Positions 56,812 to 64,000 of a DNA stretch of 64,000 nucleotides are shown piece by piece. Numbering within the stretch: the first letter of the stretch is position 1; the number at the start of each line of letters is the position of its first letter. The notes under the pieces are model-generated. The model worked only from the letters and a program-made list of their open reading frames with translations. It ran no database searches and was not told where the DNA came from. Origin of the DNA: a virus (lineage: Duplodnaviria; Caudoviricetes); IMG/VR virus record IMGVR_UViG_3300010883_026628, positions 2,064-66,063 of that record. One strand, given 5' to 3'. The position numbers were made by a program, and so were the translations under genes.

Positions 56812-59800
56812 TAGTAGAAAAAAAAGAATAGTACCAGATCTGCTGGCAGACATACAGCACAGATCTGGTAGGATTAATATAAGTAAAGATGTTATAGCTA
56901 ATTTTGTATTTGACAGAATAACAAATGATGCTATATCAAATCGCTACTTAGAAGATGACGGATTAAACGATCTTATATTTTTTAATGAAAAATTTGAAAA
57001 AATTGAAGGTGTAAATAATACTCTAATTAGCAATGCGTCAGGTTCAGATGGGCGCTTTTCTAGAAAAATAGTTGACTCTACGAACACGGCAACTGCCATA
57101 TTGACAGTAGCTGACGGCAACGCTATCCACGGTATGACTGCTGGTCAAAAAATTACATTAACCAGTACTGATGGAACCATTGTCGACTATTTTATTTCAG
57201 ATACCGGTGACAGTGGTGTTACCCATCTATCCGCCGTCAGTGACGGGGCCACTTTAAAGGCCACCGGATCTGTCACCGCGTCAAGGACAATCGGATCAGA
57301 TAAAGGGATAGCGGTTGGGTTTAATCTTGCTACAGCGTTAGTATCTGGTATAGATCAGGCAGAGTTTTTAGCTCTTTTAAGGGCTGCTATTCTAAACTCT
57401 GCTGGACATAATAATAAAATAAGTGTTAGCGCAGTCCCAGCGACTGCGAACGGACCACAGTCTGTCACTTTAACCCAAGCAACGAAAGTTTATCTTAATA
57501 AGACTGCCAACACTGTGGTAATCTCGAATATAGCAAATATAGTAACAACAGACTTTTCAGGCGCTATAGAAACTACAAAGAATACCACAGTCGAGTTTTC
57601 ATCTTTTCTTACAAGCTCATCACCTTTTAGCAATCAAATCGTTACTTTAGATAATAATAGCTTTATGGCAAACTATTACTTTGCTTATAGACCTGAAAAT
57701 TATAGCTCGAAAATCTTAACCCGGTTTAACCCTAGATCATTATCAATAGCGTCCTCCTCACCACATATATCTGAAATTTCTATTAACAGTAAAATACCCT
57801 TTAGCAAGGGTGAGATGTCAGGCTCTAGACTAGTAATTACAGTACCTCAAACCGGCGCATCAGATGTTACAAAAAACTATACACCCTTGTTCTTTTCAGA
57901 AAGAGCATCTCCAGCAAGCCAAATTTTACGATTGGGCTCTCAAGGGTCCGAGGCAAACAGTTACTATTCTACAAGCGATAATAAAAAAGCTGACTTTGGA
58001 TTTTCTCTAGCAGACTTTAAGTCAACACCCACTAGAAAATCTTTTAAAGTAGACAGCGTCGCAACAAGTGTTTTTTCTACCGGCTCGGATGGTATAACGT
58101 TTATACCTAACGCTGGGTACGATTTGACAAACCCCTTTAACTATTATGCAACAGGATCAGCATCACCATCGACATATGAAATAGCATATGCTTCAGGCAG
58201 CTCCGAGCTAATTAAAAGTACGAAGGTTTGGCTTAGATCTTTTGCCAACCCACCGACTAACGATGGATCTATATCACCTACTTTTGCATATGCAGTATCA
58301 CCTACCTTTACGACTGACCAGATTAACGGTCTTTGGAGAACAACTCTAGATACTTCTCAAGGTTCAAATCAAGCCTTAAGCCTAGGCACCTTAACCCAAT
58401 GGGCAACAGTATCTGGCGCCACGTCTGGTCATAAATCGACCTTCTCTTGTTGGGTCAAGCCAAATTCAACTCAGTCCCATGACCAAGATCATTATCTGTT
58501 TGTGACGCAGCACAACGAAACCGGCGAGGAGGAGACGCAGAATAGCAAATATAGAATATTTATCTCTCATACCACCGGTAAACTACACTTTGCACGTTTC
58601 TGGTCTACTAATGATACTTTTTCATACACAGATTTTCCTGTTTTTAATATAAAGGATCCAGACTCTCATAATACCGTGTCTAGATTTCAAACCACTAAGT
58701 GGACCCATATAGCGGTAACGTATGACGGTTCGTCTGCTGGTAACACTGCCACCATCTATATTAATGGTATTCCCGTTAAAGTAACCAGCGAAGGCACCCC
58801 TTCTGGTACCCCGTTGTCATATGCTACTACCACTCAATATACGACTGTTTTAGGAGCAGATTCAACTCAAAGTAATATATCTACCACTAGTTTAAAAGCT
58901 AAATATGCTGATTTTGGGTTTTGGAACAAGATACTAACGGCTGATGAAATTCATGAATTATACTCTCGACCATTGGCTTCATATAGATCGAGTTTAAGTC
59001 TACAACTCCATACGCAGCTTGATAAATTTATAACGAAGTATGGTATTGCGTCTGTAACACCAGCTTACGCTGACGCTCTTGCTTCTGAAAAAATTACGTA
59101 TAATGTAATCGGTAATAGAACATATCCCGCATACACACTCCTCGGAGACGACGATAATATTAATATTGGTACAGCCGCACAATGGGATGCAATAATCGGC
59201 GATGGTCCTGGTAACCCATCAATGACCTTTTCGGCTTGGATCAATCGCGCGGGTTCACCAAAAAACTCATCATCTAGAATTCTTCATTTTGGTGCTGATA
59301 ATATAGTTTTTTATACGCATAACGACGTCACGTCCGCATCTTCTGCCGAGCTTAGATTTTATTTAAATGGAAGCTGGAACTCAGGCGGGGAGGTGTATTG
59401 GAAGACGGCTGCTACTGCAATCACGAATGGTACATGGCATCATGTTGCCGTGACTTATAGCTCGGCCACAGCCGCTCAGGATCCCACTTTATATATTGAT
59501 GGTGTAGCAGTAGCAAGCACCGAACAATCTGGTCCTCCAGCAGGTAGCTGGGTTGGTATAACTGACGGCGGCGCAACACTGGCATGTCACATAGGAAACC
59601 GCTCACAAGGTGATCGCTCGTTCAATGGTAAGATAGCTGAGGTTGCAATCTGGAATTCTAAATTATCAGATTCAGAGATATTCGCAGTATATTCGGCTAC
59701 CAGACTGGCATATAACAATGATGTAGCTACTGTCGCATTAACGATACAAGACTCTGTGAATGCTATAACCGATTTAAGAATAAAAGCCACAGCGTCCTCG

Positions 59801-62800
59801 AAGAAATCTTTATCCAGTGTGAATATTAAACTTGATCAATTAGAAAGTCTCGAAAATCTTACCGGTACGCTTACTAGTAGTATAGATCAACCGTCAATAT
59901 CACAAATGGCATCCCCGATAATACACACAAATTTATCAAGACGGAAAAGATCTTGTGCTAGTTTTTCAAAGACGAAAAAATCAACGACATTATTTATAGA
60001 TGATCCAATTATCACCAACGGTAAGATTGTAACAATAACAGACTTCAGCGGAAATATTGTAAACTTTACCTTTAACACGAGTTCGACAAGCGATACATCT
60101 GGCACAACGGCTAACGTTTCAATAGGTATTCAGAATCTAGATACTAGAGAAACTATCATAAACAGGCTCCAGACTGCCATTACCACGAATAACGTTTCCT
60201 CTGCTTCTGGTACTTTAGGTGGTATAACAATCCACAGCGGCTCAAACTATATCAGATTAATCGCCCAGCCAAAGCAACGTTTTGATATTAGTTGTCCTGT
60301 GCTATCATCAGCAGATAAAAGAACCATAACAGTATCAGATACAACCGGGTACGCGTATAATTTGTATATTACCGGATCAACATCTGCTGCAGTGCCTAAC
60401 AACCACATAGCCGTCCGAGTTGCCGGTGCAAAGACTATTACATTCAATGGTAATTTTGGATCTTCCAATATCGGGGCAGGGGATGTATTAAAAATATCAG
60501 ATGGTACAACAACAATAGATTATACCACTGAAACTACTAGTAACGTTGATGCAGCCACCGCGGCTGCCATCGGCGTCGGCTCTAATAGATCGGCCCTATC
60601 AGTGGTTGACGAATATGTCAAAAAAATAAATGCCAGTGCCTTAGGTATTATTGCGCTAGATAACGGTGGTACATCAACTGTGGCGAGTATGATATTACAA
60701 CCAACTACAAATAAATCAAATGGCAATATTAGAACCGTAGCTGTAACAGAAGATCCTGTAAGCGCAGTTGGAAAAAGAGTTAGATTTACTAATAATTTTG
60801 ACATGGCCACCTTCGGTTCAGTTCCTAGCTCTATTATTCTGAGAATTAGTGACGGAAGTTCAAATCATGATTTTACGGTTGACCATTCTGACGGTAACAC
60901 AGCATCAGCAACCACCGTAGGTGGTGGCAGTGGTCGCTCGGCAGCAGACGTGGTTGCTGAATTTGTTTCTGAAATAAATGCTGGGTCCCTAAACGTCACT
61001 GCGGTCGCTGTGGGCGGAAATACCTCTACTGATGCATCATTTAACGTTATACCTACCGGCGGCGCAACAGTAACAGTAACAGAAGATCCCAATACTGCTA
61101 ACTCCGGCAATTTCGGTGCCTCAGCCGGATTCACAGTTATTTCAAATTCATCGGCCGGTGATGGCAACTATGGCTCCACCGCCGGATTTTGTACTGTTGC
61201 TGATACTGGGAATACGTTGTTATCCGCAACACGCGTCGCAGCTGTTTTAGACGATATGATAGAAAGTATGCCAACTGTAGCCAGATCTGGTGGCACAAAT
61301 AGTATGGCTCAATACGCTGCATTCACATCATCTTTTTCCGATAGCACGATCACTGTAGTTAGTAACGCCATTGGCACGGCTCCGCTTCCTATTGAAGTAC
61401 CTATTAAAGAAAATGACATCCTTAATTTTAGATTTAAAATCCACTACCGCGGATATGAAACAGAGGAAGCATTACATGTTGCAGGCTCTGCAATAAGCGA
61501 CGGCTTTTTCGCTGCTTCATTTAACTCTTATGAATTTTCAAAGCCGAAGTACAACGTCCCTGCAACTGGGCAAAAATTAATACAAAATTCTTTTGATGGT
61601 GAAGGTATAGTTGGTCCAAATGATCCTAGAAGAAATGATGTAGTTGTTAGATATGAAAATGATTTTAGCTATTTAAAGTTTTTTGATAACCTGAAATTAG
61701 CAATTTCTGATCCCCAAAGCGCAGGTCACAGTGTATCTGGAAAACAAACTATTGGCTCCGCCATAATTGGTCCAACTGCAGAGAAGAATCTTCATGGGTC
61801 TATATTAAAGGAAAGTAAATTAAGGCTCTTATTAAGGAATTCAGACGCCATCACAGCGGCAACAGCAACCGGTCCAGGATTAGTAACCTTTAGATCGGGA
61901 TCTGTTGAAATGACATCTAAACTAAATACTCTAAAAATATCAACATTTTCACGCGGCTTCGCAAATTCCGCCATTATGACCCAGGAATCTATAGGTTTGA
62001 CGACGTTGGGTCAAAAAACGATAATAGCCAGGATTTATAACGATGAATCTTCAACCGGTGATACTGGGATAATATTTACTGTGTCTGGAAATTCTAAAAG
62101 TCGATACTATTTAAGATCCGATCAAGGCAAGTTGGTATTTAGAATTCGACCGCTAGGAGCCAGCAACAATACGACCTATTGGCAGGCTGAAATAAACAGA
62201 AATTCTTTAAATATAGCAAAAGATAAATGGTTCACCTTCGTCGCCAGTTTTAATGAATCTTCTTTCGATAGAGCGCAGTTGACCACTAACTACATCGCTA
62301 TTTATGATTCTGAGATTCACGGCGGTCAATTAGCGTCTGCAAATTTTACAGCTGAAGGCGGCGCGTCTAATACTGGATCTGTAGAGCTAACGTTAGGAAA
62401 TGTTAATCCTAGATTATTTATTGGTTATGGGAACAATGACACAGGAATTGCAACAAACTTTGGAGTCCATAATGCATCAGCTAACGTTGCTGGCTTTTAT
62501 AACAATTTTTACTTAGCAGAACTAGACATATTAAGCACATGTACACCTATAGAAACAATGGGCAAAATCGCAGAGTCTCATTTGGTCCTAAGATCAAAGT
62601 CTGGATTTAGAACAAACTTACCAAAAAGAAGTATAAACGAGATATTTCAACAACCAGATATTATCGAGGGATCATTTGAACCCTTCGTGGAAAGTGGAGA
62701 AACTAACTCTCCGCTAACTTCTACTGATCTAATCTACCCCCATATGTTGTCTGCCGGCACAACAGGATCAATAACATTCACGTTAACAAATACACCTGCT

Positions 62801-64000
62801 AATAATTCTGGTTTTAGTCTTCGTTTACCTGATGGAAAAGATATCCAGATAATCTTTGATACAGGAACAATAATTGCCGATGGGTTTACTCTTGATACCA
62901 ACACAAGTAACCTAGTTGACAGTAGCGGAATCGTAGCTGTCGTGGCAGCCCAAACTAGATTTACTTGTGGGATCCAAAATCTGACTACAAGAACAACAGT
63001 CGTAGACCAAATTCAAAAACTAATAAAGGCAATAAGCAGATATTCAAGCGTACCGTTACAATCAAAGAGGATCAACTTTGACTCCTTAAAGCTAGAATAT
63101 CGAAACGCCGGATCATACAAGACAGAATATACCAACTCTGCTTCGCCACCGAGTCTTAAGCTCTGCGTTGTATCTAACAGTCCAGCGGCTAATATCACTA
63201 TTTCAAATAATAATTTATCCGGACAAAAGTTTAGTGATCCAAAGCTAGTTGATCTAGCTTCCGTACCTCAAAATCATTCAATTAGGGTTGGCAAAAAAAC
63301 TATATCTGATATAAAAGCGACAATCAAATGTAGCACTAAACCAATTCAATCGTTTATTAATAATTCTAGAATAACTAGAGAATATATTAATAGGATAAAT
63401 GACGATTCAAGCATTTTTAGTAAAATACCGAACCAGCTGGTTGATGTACAAAATCTTAGTCGTATTAAGAAAGATGTAAGCACTCCACTAAGACCTATTT
63501 TTAGTTTTGAAATTCAGGGTGTAAAGTATTCGGCTAGACTAGACAGCAAACTACTCTCAATTCAATCAAATAAATTTAATATCGGTGTTCTTGATGTAAC
63601 GTCTAATAGCGGGTTGGCAGTCTCACTTGCTAACTCAATAGCTGATGCGATCGCAAAAGATAATCTATACGTAGGTGTTAGTGTTAGCGAAGACACTGTA
63701 ACAATAACGTTAAAAGATAAAGACACCAGTACAGGAAGAGTAAACTTCTTAGGTGATGGCAAGGGAAAAGTAACATCAGGCTTTATGTTTGAGGTATTGG
63801 CCTTTAATCCCATGTTAAATCCGGAAGTCTTAATTGAAGCTAAAGAAAGCTTAATATATCGAAAGCACTCCGCCGCTAAAAAGCCGTTCGTAGATGGTGA
63901 CGGTATGGACATTGATCTAGATTTCTTTGCTAAGGGATCTGTATTATCTAATCTGGATATTCGTTATTCTGCTGCTACTCGTAATAGGGTAAGAATAGAA
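56804..64000 (+). CDS. Giant virion protein with multiple LamG domains, >2399 aa, runs off the window (absent from ORF track)
   Basis: ATG at 56804 (MFDSRKKRIVPDLLADIQ...) overlaps the previous stop. The frame was open at every line I translated and ends ...RNRVRIE at 64000. LamG motifs TFSCWVK/WTHIAVTYD and TFSAWIN/WHHVAVTY/FNGKIAEVAIWN. Confidence 0.88.
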   Translation, partial: MFDSRKKRIVPDLLADIQHRSGRINISKDVIANFVFDRITNDAISNRYLEDDGLNDLIFFNEKFEKIEGVNNTLISNASGSDGRFSRKIVDSTNTATAILTVADGNAIHGMTAGQKITLTSTDGTIVDYFISDTGDSGVTHLSAVSDGATLKATGSVTASRTIGSDKGIAVGFNLATALVSGIDQAEFLALLRAAILNSAGHNNKISVSAVPATANGPQSVTLTQATKVYLNKTANTVVISNIANIVTTDFSGAIETTKNTTVEFSSFLTSSSPFSNQIVTLDNNSFMANYYFAYRPENYSSKILTRFNPRSLSIASSSPHISEISINSKIPFSKGEMSGSRLVITVPQTGASDVTKNYTPLFFSERASPASQILRLGSQGSEANSYYSTSDNKKADFGFSLADFKSTPTRKSFKVDSVATSVFSTGSDGITFIPNAGYDLTNPFNYYATGSASPSTYEIAYASGSSELIKSTKVWLRSFANPPTNDGSISPTFAYAVSPTFTTDQINGLWRTTLDTSQGSNQALSLGTLTQWATVSGATSGHKSTFSCWVKPNSTQSHDQDHYLFVTQHNETGEEETQNSKYRIFISHTTGKLHFARFWSTNDTFSYTDFPVFNIKDPDSHNTVSRFQTTKWTHIAVTYDGSSAGNTATIYINGIPVKVTSEGTPSGTPLSYATTTQYTTVLGADSTQSNISTTSLKAKYADFGFWNKILTADEIHELYSRPLASYRSSLSLQLHTQLDKFITKYGIASVTPAYADALASEKITYNVIGNRTYPAYTLLGDDDNINIGTAAQWDAIIGDGPGNPSMTFSAWINRAGSPKNSSSRILHFGADNIVFYTHNDVTSASSAELRFYLNGSWNSGGEVYWKTAATAITNGTWHHVAVTYSSATAAQDPTLYIDGVAVASTEQSGPPAGSWVGITDGGATLACHIGNRSQGDRSFNGKIAEVAIWNSKLSDSEIFAVYSATRLAYNNDVATVALTIQDSVNAITDLRIKATASSKKSLSSVNIKLDQLESLENLTGTLTSSIDQPSISQMASPIIHTNLSRRKRSCASFSKTKKSTTLFIDDPIITNGKIVTITDFSGNIVNFTFNTSSTSDTSGTTANVSIGIQNLDTRETIINRLQTAITTNNVSSASGTLGGITIHSGSNYIRLIAQPKQRFDISCPVLSSADKRTITVSDTTGYAYNLYITGSTSAAVPNNHIAVRVAGAKTITFNGNFGSSNIGAGDVLKISDGTTTIDYTTETTSNVDAATAAAIGVGSNRSALSVVDEYVKKINASALGIIALDNGGTSTVASMILQPTTNKSNGNIRTVAVTEDPVSAVGKRVRFTNNFDMATFGSVPSSIILRISDGSSNHDFTVDHSDGNTASATTVGGGSGRSAADVVAEFVSEINAGSLNVTAVAVGGNTSTDASFNVIPTGGATVTVTEDPNTANSGNFGASAGFTVISNSSAGDGNYGSTAGFCTVADTGNTLLSATRVAAVLDDMIESMPTVARSGGTNSMAQYAAFTSSFSDSTITVVSNAIGTAPLPIEVPIKENDILNFRFKIHYRGYETEEALHVAGSAISDGFFAASFNSYEFSKPKYNVPATGQKLIQNSFDGEGIVGPNDPRRNDVVVRYENDFSYLKFFDNLKLAISDPQSAGHSVSGKQTIGSAIIGPTAEKNLHGSILKESKLRLLLRNSDAITAATATGPGLVTFRSGSVEMTSKLNTLKISTFSRGFANSAIMTQESIGLTTLGQKTIIARIYNDESSTGDTGIIFTVSGNSKSRYYLRSDQGKLVFRIRPLGASNNTTYWQAEINRNSLNIAKDKWFTFVASFNESSFDRAQLTTNYIAIYDSEIHGGQLASANFTAEGGASNTGSVELTLGNVNPRLFIGYGNNDTGIATNFGVHNASANVAGFYNNFYLAELDILSTCTPIETMGKIAESHLVLRSKSGFRTNLPKRSINEIFQQPDIIEGSFEPFVESGETNSPLTSTDLIYPHMLSAGTTGSITFTLTNTPANNSGFSLRLPDGKDIQIIFDTGTIIADGFTLDTNTSNLVDSSGIVAVVAAQTRFTCGIQNLTTRTTVVDQIQKLIKAISRYSSVPLQSKRINFDSLKLEYRNAGSYKTEYTNSASPPSLKLCVVSNSPAANITISNNNLSGQKFSDPKLVDLASVPQNHSIRVGKKTISDIKATIKCSTKPIQSFINNSRITREYINRINDDSSIFSKIPNQLVDVQNLSRIKKDVSTPLRPIFSFEIQGVKYSARLDSKLLSIQSNKFNIGVLDVTSNSGLAVSLANSIADAIAKDNLYVGVSVSEDTVTITLKDKDTSTGRVNFLGDGKGKVTSGFMFEVLAFNPMLNPEVLIEAKESLIYRKHSAAKKPFVDGDGMDIDLDFFAKGSVLSNLDIRYSAATRNRVRIE

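Larger units (their letters stand above)
46574..57562 (+). repeat. Dispersed ~120-160-aa protein module shared by four virion genes
   Basis: Copies at about 46574-46939, 50107-50460, 50767-51219, 53722-54126, 55339-55809 and 57089-57562. Consensus A.A.LTV...ITL.S..G...Y...L.AAI....GHN..I.V.......L.Q...G..GN......F.GG. Confidence 0.8.
1..64000 (+). mobile_element. Segment of a jumbo/huge tailed phage (myovirus-like) genome
   Basis: Baseplate gp25-, gp6- and gp5-like genes, tail fibres and a gp55-like sigma. Dense unidirectional coding, with no ribosomal or other core bacterial operons. Confidence 0.9.

Noticed and set aside
1468-63912. Dozens of 60-160-aa minus-strand (and a few plus-strand) ORFs in the track that overlap long genes
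   Set aside because: They lie wholly or largely within well-supported genes and have no motifs or RBS. They are typical antisense shadows.
1-64000. Stop-codon reassignment (code 15/4), as in some huge phages
   Set aside because: Genes are full length under code 11, and TAG, TGA and TAA all terminate genes at tight junctions.
1-64000. tRNA, rRNA or structured ncRNA genes
   Set aside because: The few gaps (1227-1489, 3098-3340, 10859-10938, 18626-18840, 43596-43659) are AT-rich, with no cloverleaf/T-loop (GTTCGA-type) or long GC stems that I could see.

Overview
A 64-kb segment of an AT-rich, gene-dense jumbo (huge) myophage genome. It is almost entirely + strand, uses genetic code 11, and has many ATGA/TAATG coupled junctions. 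The phage call rests on a gp25-like wedge, a gp6/baseplate-J-like wedge, a gp5-like spike, tail fibres and a gp55-like sigma factor. From left to right: (1) 1-12.2 kb is a host-takeover/stress block: lipoprotein trypsin-like protease, DinG/XPD helicase, complete YeaH-SpoVR-PrkA module, degenerate GroEL-like protein, YkuK RNase H-like protein, Hc1 histone-like protein, stand-alone sigma region-4 protein and PIN-PhoH. (2) 12.3-18.6 kb holds tail-fibre genes. (3) A 215-bp AT-rich gap with 8-bp tandem repeats and clustered GATCT motifs is a candidate replication origin. (4) 18.8-38.4 kb is a ~20-gene, apparently all-soluble glycosylation locus: GT2, GT4, GT11, GT6, two GT29-like sialyltransferases, CMP-ulosonate synthetase, a transaldolase/SIS/GHMP/HAD higher-sugar pathway, Gmd/Fcl and a TylF methyltransferase, plus a Cas4-like nuclease. 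(5) 38.7-64 kb holds the late sigma, baseplate genes and very large LamG-rich virion proteins, ending in a >2399-aa ORF that the ORF track omits. The most interesting candidates are a phage-encoded glycan-capping system (fucosyl, ABO-like, sialyl-like) that may target Ser/Thr motifs of the virion, the phage PrkA/YeaH/SpoVR module, and nested insertions of a mobile domain in the virion proteins. All family calls come from motif recognition by eye; no database search was run.
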